Source: a virus. From it: a DNA stretch of 38,961 nt. Shown here piece after piece: positions 25,273-34,124 of this stretch (position 1 is the first letter of the stretch; the number at the start of each line of letters is the position of its first letter). Position numbers and translations under genes: made by a program. Location: IMG/VR virus record IMGVR_UViG_3300045988_105504; one strand, 5' to 3'. Under the pieces are notes generated by a model. It had not been told where the DNA came from, searched no databases, and was given only the letters and a program-made list of their open reading frames with translations.

Positions 25273-27455
25273 TGCAAAACTGTAGTAATGCTTATAAACA
25301 TCAAATAAAAAAGCACTATAGAAATCTTGCACACATGGCAGTTTCTATAGGTGTAATAAATCAAGAAGCTCAAGAAGATGCCACAGTTAATAAAAAAGAA
25401 GAATACACATACTTCTCAGATTTGGAAAAACTGCTTTCAAATTTTGAAGTAAAGAATCCATATGCAACTCTGGAAGAATCATTTACAAAAGTAGATGGTT
25501 CTTTCTTCTTTTTGCCAAGGAATGAATTTAGGCACAATTTGGCAAATCAGGGAGTAGTATCTGACGGAGTTATACGCTTTGATTTTACCAAGCCTTTCGA
25601 TATAAAGGGGTTGACAATAGAGTTTGCTCATGTGTATCCATTGAATTTTACGGTAACAACGAACAATAAGTCAGTGACTTTTGAGAATGCCGGAACATTC
25701 TTTAAGACAGATGAAATATTTAACGGTACAACTTTTATAGAAATTAAAGCAAACAAAATGCTTTATGAACACGCAAGGTTCAGAATCTATAGAATGATTA
25801 TGGGATTTGGAGTGTACTTTGATAATCGTAAGATTATAGGATCTACAAAGAAAGAGCACATCAGTCCTATCATGGAGGATTTGCAGACTCTGGACTTCTC
25901 CATGGACGTGGAAAATAGAGACCGTACATATGATGTCGAGAATGATAAGAGTACTATAAACTTCCTTGAGGTCGGACAGGATGTCTCTATCCGTTATGGA
26001 TATGAGCTTGATGATGGCACAGTGGAGTGGTTTCAGGGTGGAAAACTTAAATTATCTAAGTGGAGCTCAAACGATATAAAGCTATCCATAAGTGCAAAAG
26101 ATAGGTTTGATTCTCTTGATGGAACTTATCAAAAAGGAATACACAAAGAAGAGGGCGCAAGTCTTTATGATTTGGCAACAGATGTATTCCTCGACGGTGG
26201 TGTAGATGTAAGAGATTTTGAAATAGATCCATATCTAAAAAGCATATTGATACAGAATCCAATTCCTGCCATAAAACATAAGGAAGCATTACAGCTTATA
26301 GCAAATGCGGGAAGATGTATTTTGTATCAGGATAGATATGGAAAAATAATATTAAGAAGTGATTTTATGCCGGAGATGTCGGCAACTGCAGAGAATAAAA
26401 CAAGATTTACAAATATGCAAAATCTGCTGCATTCCAACGCAAAAAGCCACTATGCAAATCTGACACAAGGTTATACAAGGGTAGATGACAAGGCCTACTT
26501 CTTGCCTAAGGGCAATGACTATTTGAATACCGGGTATATCAGTGAGTCTGTATCTAACGCTGATGGAAGTTTTACCAATATGCCTAAAATAACAATTCAG
26601 ATGGAGCATAGATTTACAGTATATGGCCTTAGAATGCTTTTTCATGAATACGCTCCTGAGAAGATGTCTTTAGCATTTTTTTATCAAGGCAATTTGCTTG
26701 ATACTATGGACGTCAACAATGCAGATTTAGACTTTAAGATACTGCAACAACTACCCTACATGGATAAATTGGTTGTATCGTTTATTAAGCAAAGCCCTAA
26801 TACAAGAGTAGTTCTTGATAGCATAATATTCGGGGATTTAACAGACTACCGATTTACATATGGGGATGAGCTAAAAGAATACCCGGTAGGAACTATAAGG
26901 GAAAAAACTCAAAGAATAAGCGTAGTAACCAGAAAATACAATAAAAGCAATGAAGCTGAAAAAGAGCTTGTACATGAGAAAGTCAATCAGACTGAGCAAG
27001 AAAAAGAATATGAGTTTTATATGAACTCTCCCAGCTATGGCTATAGAGCAAGTGCAACAGGCCATAATGTGGAGATTATAAAAAGCTCATGCTATATGGT
27101 CAGAGTAAGGGTACAGGGTGCAGGCCTCGTGGATCTAAGCATAACAGGGTATGAATATCTTATATCAAATGGCTCAATTGCTATAGAAGTCAATCCATCA
27201 GGAAGAACTTTAAACTGGGAAAATCCTTTGATATCTACTGACGAACATGCTATCAAGGTAGGGGAATGGATGAAACCTTTCCTTGCGTCAAACAGAGACT
27301 ATTCATTAACTGATAGAGGAGAGGTAAGGCTTGACGGAGCTGATCTGGCTTACTTAGATAGCAAACATGAAAAAGATATGCTCATAAAGCTTACAGACTA
27401 CACTATGAACTTTAACGGTGCCTTTTCAGGAAGTGCAAAAGGAAGGAGGGTATAA
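25272..27455 (+). CDS. Large tail/baseplate protein (Tal position)
   Basis: 727 aa. ATG 25272 overlaps the upstream TGA. Assigned by position. Confidence 0.6.
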   Translation: MQNCSNAYKHQIKKHYRNLAHMAVSIGVINQEAQEDATVNKKEEYTYFSDLEKLLSNFEVKNPYATLEESFTKVDGSFFFLPRNEFRHNLANQGVVSDGVIRFDFTKPFDIKGLTIEFAHVYPLNFTVTTNNKSVTFENAGTFFKTDEIFNGTTFIEIKANKMLYEHARFRIYRMIMGFGVYFDNRKIIGSTKKEHISPIMEDLQTLDFSMDVENRDRTYDVENDKSTINFLEVGQDVSIRYGYELDDGTVEWFQGGKLKLSKWSSNDIKLSISAKDRFDSLDGTYQKGIHKEEGASLYDLATDVFLDGGVDVRDFEIDPYLKSILIQNPIPAIKHKEALQLIANAGRCILYQDRYGKIILRSDFMPEMSATAENKTRFTNMQNLLHSNAKSHYANLTQGYTRVDDKAYFLPKGNDYLNTGYISESVSNADGSFTNMPKITIQMEHRFTVYGLRMLFHEYAPEKMSLAFFYQGNLLDTMDVNNADLDFKILQQLPYMDKLVVSFIKQSPNTRVVLDSIIFGDLTDYRFTYGDELKEYPVGTIREKTQRISVVTRKYNKSNEAEKELVHEKVNQTEQEKEYEFYMNSPSYGYRASATGHNVEIIKSSCYMVRVRVQGAGLVDLSITGYEYLISNGSIAIEVNPSGRTLNWENPLISTDEHAIKVGEWMKPFLASNRDYSLTDRGEVRLDGADLAYLDSKHEKDMLIKLTDYTMNFNGAFSGSAKGRRV

Positions 27456-27851
27456 ATGTGGATTAATCCTAAAACTGATTGGGAGACAAACTCTCGTTTT
27501 GATATGAGGGATTATAACAGAATAAAGAACAACTTAGATTATTTAAAAGAATTGTTCCTTACTTTGCAACCGTCTGTACCTTGGCAAAACATGGGAGCGG
27601 ATAAAGGCTATACAGACTATCCGTATGCTGACGACATAAACAGATTTGAAGATAATTTGGATACTCTGAATAAAAACTTTATAAACTTAGAAATCGGAGA
27701 TAAAAAGACCTTTTACGAGAATCAACCCTTCGTAGATTTTAATGAGCTAAATAGGATAGAAAAGGGTATTCAAGTATTGTACGAGCATCTGTATGGTAGC
27801 TCACAAAGTAGGCCTATGTTGAGATTTACTTTAAACGGAGGAATTTTTTAA
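27456..27851 (+). CDS. Tail fibre/baseplate-associated protein
   Basis: 131 aa; NPKTDWETNSRFDMRDYNRIKNNLDYL motif common next to fibre genes; TAA-ATG abutment. Confidence 0.5.
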   Translation: MWINPKTDWETNSRFDMRDYNRIKNNLDYLKELFLTLQPSVPWQNMGADKGYTDYPYADDINRFEDNLDTLNKNFINLEIGDKKTFYENQPFVDFNELNRIEKGIQVLYEHLYGSSQSRPMLRFTLNGGIF

Positions 27852-28309
27852 TGGCACTGAAAACCAATTATAAAGACGCTGTGTTTTCCGGCGAAAGAAA
27901 ATACCAGGAGATTTTCAACCCTGACGGCACAAAATCCTTTACTGATAGAACGTCATACACAACACAAGGCGATAGATTTGGGGCGAACGATATCAATGCA
28001 ACAAATAGCGCAGTAAACGCTCTGGCGAACTCAAAAATCGTAGAAATAAAAGCTGCGAGCTGGGCCCCAACAGGTATATGTACTCAAAGGGTGAACATTC
28101 CCGAGATGAAAGCAACGGATACCCCTATTGTAAGTCATTACTTTGCAGGAAATGTTACAGATGCAAATCTTATAAAGAGAGCTTGGAAAGCCTACAGTTG
28201 CGTGGATATGGTCGAAACTTTTGACGGATATATGGTCCTTACATGTTACAGAAAGAGACCTACAGACAACTTTTTAATACTTGTAAAGGGGGTGGGAGTG
28301 AATGGCTAA
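27851..28309 (+). CDS. Tail fibre-associated protein
   Basis: 152 aa; TAATG coupling; YKDAVFSGERKY...GDRFGANDINATNSAVNAL motif. Confidence 0.5.
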   Translation: MALKTNYKDAVFSGERKYQEIFNPDGTKSFTDRTSYTTQGDRFGANDINATNSAVNALANSKIVEIKAASWAPTGICTQRVNIPEMKATDTPIVSHYFAGNVTDANLIKRAWKAYSCVDMVETFDGYMVLTCYRKRPTDNFLILVKGVGVNG

Positions 28310-29471
28310 AGCGCTACTTATGTCAGGCGGAGTCGGTGGAGTTACATCGGATGATGTGACAGCGAAAAGGTGGCACGTGGTACAGGGATTTACAGCACTT
28401 ACGAGTGATAGCGGTGACGAGCCGGCAAATGGAGAGTTGGCCAATAAGGGCAACGGTGGAGCGCCTAACGGGGTTATTTGCCCGGAAATGTTTTACTATA
28501 CTTCTGAAAATGCATATGTTGCAAGATTTGACGCAGGCGCTTACTACAACACGGGCGAAAGAGGTCAATGGAAGCCGTATGTATCAGTGCCAATATGGAT
28601 GGCTAAACAGGCGACAAATTATCACCCCGAAAAAACCTTATCAGACACAGTGACATGCCAAGAGCGAGGTACTGTCAAAATGATAGATACTAAGCTGAAT
28701 AACTATACTAACAATCAGGCACGAAACATAGGCATAGACTACAGCAGAGGAAAACTGTGGATGGAATTAGGTCATGGCAACGCTTACTACTATAGAGATG
28801 ATAATACTCCCCATGTCGAAATTGACTCGACTAATTTTGGAGATGTAACTGCGGATAAGGTTATGAGAGGCTTTACTGCAACAAGTAAAAATGGATTAAA
28901 ATTTGCGGGTACAATGCCTGATTTGCAATCTGGTAGAACGGTTTTTAACGGAGCCACTTTCGATAATGAATTAGTGTCGGGAGTGGCGTCAAAGAGCTTT
29001 TATTTTAATAGAGAACTTTATAGATATCAAATAGCTAACGGTTACGGCTATGCAGGAGTATATGGTGGCGGAATGAATTTATCATTAAGAACCACATCGC
29101 CTGAACTGAGAGGCGGGAAGATAGGCTGTATACTATCACAATCAAATAATTTAACCCCATTCAAGCGTATAGTGGTGGACTATAGAACTACAGGTAACAT
29201 ATCTGGAAATCCTATCATAAATTTTTATGCTTTTATAGCGCCTACTAGAGCATTAATACGGTCAGGTTTTGAATTCAACGGTGCAAGAGTTGACGGTTTT
29301 TCGCAGATATTCACTCAAGTTATGGCTTCAACAAGACAAGGACAGCTAGTCATAGATACTAGCAACATAAACGAACAGGCATTTTTGGGATTTTATGCCT
29401 CTGCAAATGCGAGTGGAGCAGAGAATTTCAACGGAGCTGTTCAGATAACTAAAATAGAGTTTTTTAACTAG
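28302..29471 (+). CDS. Candidate receptor-binding/tail fibre protein
   Basis: 389 aa, last large gene of the tail module, Gly/Asn/Thr-rich. Confidence 0.5.
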   Translation: MAKALLMSGGVGGVTSDDVTAKRWHVVQGFTALTSDSGDEPANGELANKGNGGAPNGVICPEMFYYTSENAYVARFDAGAYYNTGERGQWKPYVSVPIWMAKQATNYHPEKTLSDTVTCQERGTVKMIDTKLNNYTNNQARNIGIDYSRGKLWMELGHGNAYYYRDDNTPHVEIDSTNFGDVTADKVMRGFTATSKNGLKFAGTMPDLQSGRTVFNGATFDNELVSGVASKSFYFNRELYRYQIANGYGYAGVYGGGMNLSLRTTSPELRGGKIGCILSQSNNLTPFKRIVVDYRTTGNISGNPIINFYAFIAPTRALIRSGFEFNGARVDGFSQIFTQVMASTRQGQLVIDTSNINEQAFLGFYASANASGAENFNGAVQITKIEFFN

Positions 29472-29486
29472 AAAGGATTTATTTCT

Positions 29487-29780
29487 ATGAAATACACAGT
29501 CGTATATAAGAATAACGGAGATGTCTTGGCGGTTATATCTGAGCAGCCGGATATCAAAAATATAAAGATTGATACTTTCGAAATACCAGACAATCATATC
29601 ATAGATAGTATAGATGTAAGCGGTAAGGCGCATACGGTGGTATCGCACTCTACGGTAATGATAAGCGCAGATGAGCTTGAGAAACAGGCTAAGTCTATCA
29701 CTATGCTTGAAAAAACAGTAATGGAGCTTACAAGCCTTGTTATGGGCGATGAATCCATGAAGGATGATGGTGAACAATAA
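29487..29780 (+). CDS. Hypothetical protein between the tail and lysis modules
   Basis: 97-aa ORF with a weak SD (AAAGGA). Confidence 0.45.
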   Translation: MKYTVVYKNNGDVLAVISEQPDIKNIKIDTFEIPDNHIIDSIDVSGKAHTVVSHSTVMISADELEKQAKSITMLEKTVMELTSLVMGDESMKDDGEQ

Positions 29781-29860
29781 TGCGATGGCTATATATAAAG
29801 CTATACATTTTGTTAGGATATTTAATTTGTTTTGTTTTTGATGAAAGGAGAAACAAAAAT

Positions 29861-30055
29861 ATGAAGTTTAAAAATTTAGCATTGTTTTATGTCAATCTTA
29901 TACTTGAAGGCAAGTGTACTTACGCTGATGTTCCTAAGCGACTAAAACCATATGTTAAGCAGGTCGCTGTAGACCTTGGGGTATGGGAGATAGTAGAGGG
30001 AGGCGCAGAGGACTCAACTGCTACACCGTCAAATGCGACACATTCGGAGGAGTAA
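29861..30055 (+). CDS. Small hypothetical protein preceding the lysis genes
   Basis: ATG 29861 lies 10 nt after AAAGGAG. The track start at 29780 adds an implausible hydrophobic extension. Confidence 0.5.
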   Translation: MKFKNLALFYVNLILEGKCTYADVPKRLKPYVKQVAVDLGVWEIVEGGAEDSTATPSNATHSEE

Positions 30056-30060
30056 ACGCA

Positions 30061-30558
30061 GTGTTTTTTCAAGATTTATCAGATGTTAGCAGGGTGATAC
30101 ATACTATCACCCCTTTTTTGACAATACTAAGTGTGGCTGTGGAAATCGCTCCTATAAAAATCAATCCGTGGACCACTGTGTTCAAGTATGTGGGCAGTAT
30201 TGTAAATAGGGGAGTGTATAAAAAGCTTGATAGTATAGAGTCAGCAACTCAAAGAAATGCACAGTCTATAGAGGATATAAGAAGCGACATGGAGTCTAGA
30301 TTTAATGCATACGACAAGCAAGACAAGGAGTATCAGGCTGTAGGTATGCGAAATGAAATTATCAACTTCGCAGAAAACCTCAAGCTTGGCAGAGTTTATT
30401 CAGAAAAACAGTTTGAATACATTCTTGACGTAGTATCAAAGTATAACATGCACTGTGAAACATACAAAATTAAAAATCATTACATTGATGATGCACACGA
30501 TATTATCAAATCTGAAATGAAAGAAAGATTTGAAGAGATTAAGAAAGGACATAGATAA
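30061..30558 (+). CDS. Membrane-anchored coiled-coil protein upstream of the holin (lysis-associated?)
   Basis: GTG 30061 lies 8 nt after GGAGGAG. N-terminal TM segment ITPFLTILSVAVEIAPI, then a helical region. Confidence 0.45.
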   Translation: MFFQDLSDVSRVIHTITPFLTILSVAVEIAPIKINPWTTVFKYVGSIVNRGVYKKLDSIESATQRNAQSIEDIRSDMESRFNAYDKQDKEYQAVGMRNEIINFAENLKLGRVYSEKQFEYILDVVSKYNMHCETYKIKNHYIDDAHDIIKSEMKERFEEIKKGHR

Positions 30559-30559
30559 A

Positions 30560-30757
30560 ATGAATAATTATTTTGGAAGATGGGCAAAGGCAGCAGGAAT
30601 AAGAGCGCTAAAGACCGTAGCGCAGACCGCAGTTGCGACAATAGGAACAGGATCCGTTATAAGCACAGTAGATTGGAAGCTTGTAGTTAGCGCTTCGGTA
30701 GTGGCAGGTGCACTATCTATACTTACCAGTATAGCCGGACTTCCTGAGGTAGAGTAG
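30560..30757 (+). CDS. Holin (Dp-1-like class)
   Basis: 65 aa; RALKTVAQTAVATIG...DWKLVVSASVVAGALSILTSIAGLPE (two hydrophobic helices); immediately upstream of the endolysin. Confidence 0.7.
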   Translation: MNNYFGRWAKAAGIRALKTVAQTAVATIGTGSVISTVDWKLVVSASVVAGALSILTSIAGLPEVE

Positions 30758-30779
30758 AGAGGGCTTCGGCTCTCTTTTT
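30758..30779 (+). terminator. Terminator-like hairpin between the holin and endolysin genes
   Basis: AGAGGGC-TTCG-GCTCTCT (7-bp stem, UUCG tetraloop) followed by T5. Confidence 0.55.
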
Positions 30780-30806
30780 CATTGCAAGAAAGGAATAGAA
30801 TATAAT

Positions 30807-31724
30807 ATGATAAAAATAGGACAGGCAAGCCGTGATGAGCGTATGCGATACAGTGGTGGTCTTGCAGGAGATCAGGACGGCAAAGAAGTCGCAATCAGGG
30901 AGTGGTATAACAGACCTTGGAATAAGGTGCTTAGGGCAAGGAATTCCAATATAGCCGAGAAGATAGCTACAGCTATGGAAAAGGCCTGCAAGAATAATAA
31001 TATCGGATACGACCAAAATCAAAGAACGACCTTATATAGCCTTGCAAAGGCCAACGGCTGGAAGATAGAAGACATAAAGACACCGTGCGAAACTGATTGT
31101 AGTGCTCTTGTATCTGTATGTGTTAATGCAGCGGGCATAAAAGTATCAGGAGACATCTATACAGGCAATGAGGCTAATGCGTTGCTCAGAACAGGAGAAT
31201 TTGAACTCTTATCAGCACCTAAGTACTTACTGTCTGATGAATATCTAAAGCGTGGAGACATACTTTTATATGAGTTCCACCACACCGCTATAGCTCTGCA
31301 GGACGGTAAGAAAGCGGAGAAGACTAAACCTGCACAGGTAGAATATCCGCTTGGCTGGAATGTGTCTGAGAGCGGACAGTGGTGGTATGCCGACACGCCG
31401 CAAAGCATTATTGTAGGCAGGTGGGCGTACATAAATGGTCGTTGGTACGTCTTTGACCAAAAGGGGTACATGATAAAAGGATGGTTCAAGCAGGGTGAAG
31501 ACTGGTACTATATGAATCCTGCCGATGGAGCTATGCTCAGTGGGCAGTGGGTGGACGTAGACAGTAAGTCTTACTATCTTACTCAAAGTGGATTAATGGC
31601 CAGAAATGGATACATAGAGGATGCAAGCGAAAAGCTGTACTTCTTTGTAGACGCTGATGGCAGATATGTAAAAGAGCTGGATACTGACGCCCCTGATCTA
31701 AGTAAATATGAAGTTATAGAGTAA
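30807..31724 (+). CDS. Endolysin: N-terminal Cys/His amidase or peptidase-like domain (Amidase_5/NlpC-P60-like) plus C-terminal cell-wall-binding repeats
   Basis: NIGYDQNQR...CETDCSALVSVCVNAAGI...GDILLYEFHHTAIAL in the N-terminal domain. C-terminal repeats GRWAYINGRWYVFDQKGYMIKGWFKQGEDWYYMNPADGAMLSGQWVDVDSKSYYL. Confidence 0.8.
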   Translation: MIKIGQASRDERMRYSGGLAGDQDGKEVAIREWYNRPWNKVLRARNSNIAEKIATAMEKACKNNNIGYDQNQRTTLYSLAKANGWKIEDIKTPCETDCSALVSVCVNAAGIKVSGDIYTGNEANALLRTGEFELLSAPKYLLSDEYLKRGDILLYEFHHTAIALQDGKKAEKTKPAQVEYPLGWNVSESGQWWYADTPQSIIVGRWAYINGRWYVFDQKGYMIKGWFKQGEDWYYMNPADGAMLSGQWVDVDSKSYYLTQSGLMARNGYIEDASEKLYFFVDADGRYVKELDTDAPDLSKYEVIE

Positions 31725-31730
31725 TACTTG

Positions 31731-31749
31731 ATGTCGCAAAAATGTCGCA
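31731..31749 (+). repeat. Two direct ATGTCGCA repeats 11 bp apart (candidate integrase arm-type sites, left arm)
   Basis: ATGTCGCA at 31731 and 31742. The same heptamer TGTCGCA recurs four times on the other side of the core. Confidence 0.5.
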
Positions 31750-31800
31750 CTAATTTACAAGAAGCCTTATAAATAGCCGATTTATATGCTAAATATAGGG

Positions 31801-31845
31801 TGACTTTTAATCAAGTTGTCCCGGGTTCGAGTCCCGGGTGTCTCA
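31801..31845 (+). other. attP core: 3' 45 nt of a tRNA-Lys(UUU) gene (anticodon loop to discriminator base)
   Basis: TGA-CTTTTAA-TCAAG-TTGTC-CCGGG-TTCGAGT-CCCGG-GTGTCTC-A, that is anticodon loop CUUUUAA, 3' anticodon stem, variable loop, complete T-arm and 3' acceptor strand. There is no D-arm or 5' acceptor strand upstream. Confidence 0.75.
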
Positions 31846-31852
31846 GGAATAC

Positions 31853-31900
31853 AAAAGTGGCTTAAAACCTTTATTTATAAGGCTTTGAGCCACTTTTTTT
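31853..31900 (+). terminator. Long rho-independent terminator after attP (ends the late operon, or the reconstituted tRNA in the lysogen)
   Basis: About 15-bp imperfect stem AAAAGTGGCTTAAAACCTT/AAGGCTTTGAGCCACTTTT followed by T7. Confidence 0.75.
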
Positions 31901-31944
31901 AATTGCTGAAATACACTGATTTGACTAAAATTTAAGTCATTTTG

Positions 31945-31991
31945 ATGTCGCAAACGTGTCGCAAATTCCCTAATGTCGCAATTTTGTCGCA
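31945..31991 (+). repeat. Four direct TGTCGCA repeats (candidate integrase arm-type sites, right arm)
   Basis: TGTCGCA starts at 31946, 31957, 31974 and 31985 (spacings 11, 17, 11). They abut the integrase stop codon. Confidence 0.5.
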
Positions 31992-31996
31992 CAGAT

Positions 31997-33097
31997 TTAA
32001 TCAAAAATATTGGCAATTGCAGACTGACAATCTTCTTTTTCTTCAAGTATATGACTGTATACATCTATAACCATTTTTTCATCATCTCCGAGAAGCTTGG
32101 CTATCATCTTTGTGCTGATCAGAGGTATTTGATAGCAGAGCCTTGTACAGTAATTATGTCTGAAAGAGTGTGCAGTAAGGTTCTTTGACACCTCAGCGCT
32201 TAAACTACTATCTATTTTAGCCTGTATCGATTTCCACATCTTTACATAGCTACTTGCCGTAATTTGAGTACCGTCCTGCTTAGTAATAAGGTTATATTCT
32301 GATACTTGTGTGTAGGCTTGCAAGAACTCTTTTAAGAATGCCGGCATAGGTACACGCCTGTAACCTCTTTGTGACTTAGGCTCTTTTATGTAGGCATTGT
32401 TTCCGTCAAAGCATAAAGCTTTAGATACGCTTATCTCAGCTGTGTCAAAGTCTATGTCATCTTTTGTAAGGGCAAGAGCCTCTTCTCTTCTTAGACCACA
32501 GCCGTATATGATGTATAGAAAGCATTTTTCTCTATCTGTAAAATCTATATCAAGTATTCTATCAAGTATTTCCGCCTTTATAACTTCTTTTTTCTTTGCC
32601 GTATACTTAGGCAGGGCTATATCGGTGCATATGGTTTCATAAGAAGCAGGAGCAAGTATACCGTCCTTTATAGCAGACTTTACAATTTGCTTTATAACGA
32701 GGGCTATAAGTTTGCAAGTACGAGGTTTATCAAATCGTGAGTTTATGAGTTGTTGTATATGTCCTCTTGTAAGGGATTGCATTTTAAGAGAGTAGAGGTC
32801 CTGAAGGTGGTATTCGATAGTTCTTTTATATGAGAGGTATGTATTTCTTGACTTTACGGATTTATAAGTATCAAGCCAATACAGAGCATAGTCATATACC
32901 GTTTCATTACTTGAAGCTATAAAGTCGTTCTGACTTACACGATTCTTAATTTCATTCACCTTACGCTCCAGATCGGCGCTGGACTTCTTAGATGTCACAT
33001 CTATTCTATGTTTAGATCCGTCAGCGTTGTATGTGCCATCCCAGACTTTTGTACGGAAATATCCGGCTTTTGTTTTCATGTATTTAGCCTTCGCCAT
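31997..33097 (-). CDS. int: Tyrosine integrase
   Basis: GLRREEALAL, AHSFRHNYCTRL and VIDVYSHI (R..HxxR..Y catalytic set); SAM-like N-terminal domain; adjacent to attP. Confidence 0.9.
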   Translation of the reverse strand: MAKAKYMKTKAGYFRTKVWDGTYNADGSKHRIDVTSKKSSADLERKVNEIKNRVSQNDFIASSNETVYDYALYWLDTYKSVKSRNTYLSYKRTIEYHLQDLYSLKMQSLTRGHIQQLINSRFDKPRTCKLIALVIKQIVKSAIKDGILAPASYETICTDIALPKYTAKKKEVIKAEILDRILDIDFTDREKCFLYIIYGCGLRREEALALTKDDIDFDTAEISVSKALCFDGNNAYIKEPKSQRGYRRVPMPAFLKEFLQAYTQVSEYNLITKQDGTQITASSYVKMWKSIQAKIDSSLSAEVSKNLTAHSFRHNYCTRLCYQIPLISTKMIAKLLGDDEKMVIDVYSHILEEKEDCQSAIANIFD

Positions 33098-33135
33098 ATG
33101 TACCTCCTTATTTTTGGGTATAAAAATAACACCTG

Positions 33136-33164
33136 TTGCAAGGTGCTACTATGCGTGGTACAAT
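33136..33164 (+). promoter_or_regulatory. Sigma-70-type promoter on the + strand (TTGCAA-17-TGgTACAAT) with no ORF downstream
   Basis: -35 TTGCAA at 33136-33141, 17-nt spacer, extended -10 TGGTACAAT ending at 33164. Confidence 0.5.
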
Positions 33165-33170
33165 ATAACT

Positions 33171-33253
33171 TGTCTAGGGATATATTGGCGTGAGTAGTAT
33201 CTCGCAAAGGTATATTTCAGCCACTTGGTATTAGTGTACCGGGTGGCTTTTTT
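33171..33253 (+). ncRNA. Candidate ~80-nt sRNA, antisense to the DinD-int intergenic transcript
   Basis: Bounded by the promoter above and a strong + strand-specific intrinsic terminator. No SD or ORF inside. Confidence 0.4.
33219..33253 (+). terminator. Rho-independent terminator, + strand-specific
   Basis: 12-bp stem AGCCACTTGGTA/TACCGGGTGGCT with two G-U pairs that exist only in the + strand RNA, 6-nt loop, T6 tail. The - strand version has A-C mismatches and no U-tail. Confidence 0.75.
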
Positions 33254-33254
33254 A

Positions 33255-34085
33255 CTATCTTTTTTGTTTATTCTCAAGCTTTTTCTGTTCTTTTTCTATC
33301 TGTTTAATGCTCTTATCAGGTGTAGGTAAATCCTCCGGCATTGTTCCGCCAAGGTCTTTGATAGTATCTCGTACTTTTTTGCCTACTTCAAAATGAGTCT
33401 GATTTGCATTTGCTTTACCTTGAATATTTTCACGCCTTAACTTAGCCTCCGTTTGTGTAGCTCTAAAGAGATTAGCTGCAAGTTCTTCATAGCCCATGTG
33501 ATCAAGAATCTGTTGACTCTTTTTAAGTCCTTTTAGTTTGTGTATATCTGAAGCTTTAAGGCCACCATAAAGACCTTGATATCCATAATTTTGAAATATA
33601 GCATAATCAAGATAGCTTTCAACGCCGGCATCTTTTGCAGCAGCTACAAGTTGTTTATTATGCTCTGCCATTTCTTTTCGGATAGCAAGTCTTTTCTGAT
33701 CATCTGTAAGATGCTCATAGTCATCAATCAATTCTTGTTGCCTTGTTTTTACTGCAAAGTAAGTTTGCCCAAGAGCAATGACCTCTTTTCTGCTGTCACC
33801 ATTCATAACAATGAGATAGCAAGCATATCGAGATAACACAATATCTTGTATCTCTCTATCGGCAACCCCAAGATGTACTATTTTCCCGACGTCGGCAAAA
33901 TGGTCATCAACGTTATTTCCAGAGTTTGTACACGCATCCTTAGCCTTATCTAAAACATTTTTAAAATTATCCCACTTACCGTATTCAAGTACAGTTTGCA
34001 ATTCCCTCGCATACCAAAACTCTTGTTCATATTCATTTATATGCTTAATACTTTCAAACACTTCTTCTGTATAGTTATTATTCAT
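33255..34085 (-). CDS. dinD: DinD-like protein (DNA-damage-inducible protein D family)
   Basis: Full-length resemblance, as I recall the sequence, to E. coli DinD: VLSRYACYLIVMNGD, GQTYFAVKTRQQEL, FQNYGYQGLYGGL, ELAANLFRATQTE, LGGTMPEDLPTP. 276 aa. Confidence 0.8.
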   Translation of the reverse strand: MNNNYTEEVFESIKHINEYEQEFWYARELQTVLEYGKWDNFKNVLDKAKDACTNSGNNVDDHFADVGKIVHLGVADREIQDIVLSRYACYLIVMNGDSRKEVIALGQTYFAVKTRQQELIDDYEHLTDDQKRLAIRKEMAEHNKQLVAAAKDAGVESYLDYAIFQNYGYQGLYGGLKASDIHKLKGLKKSQQILDHMGYEELAANLFRATQTEAKLRRENIQGKANANQTHFEVGKKVRDTIKDLGGTMPEDLPTPDKSIKQIEKEQKKLENKQKR

Positions 34086-34124
34086 TTATCCCACCCTTTA
34101 TAAATAAAAATTCAAACCTTCCCT

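Noticed and set aside
27456-29471. Diversity-generating retroelement or other hypervariation system acting on the tail-fibre genes
   Set aside because: There is no reverse transcriptase ORF anywhere in the genome, and I could not see a template/variable repeat pair by eye. A computational self-alignment would be needed to exclude short TR/VR pairs formally.
31790-31850. A complete tRNA gene
   Set aside because: Only the anticodon loop, 3' anticodon stem, variable loop, T-arm and 3' acceptor strand are present. Upstream sequence (AAATATAGGG) cannot form the 5' anticodon stem (GGTGA versus the required CTTGA), D-arm or 5' acceptor. It is an attP core, not a gene.
31843-32188. ORFs 31843..32064 (-) and 31973..32188 (+) in the att/int 3' region, and 33008..33193 (+) across the int start
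   Set aside because: They overlap the terminator, the arm-site repeats or the integrase gene, lack SD sites and give implausible products. The region is explained by attP elements, int and the candidate sRNA promoter.
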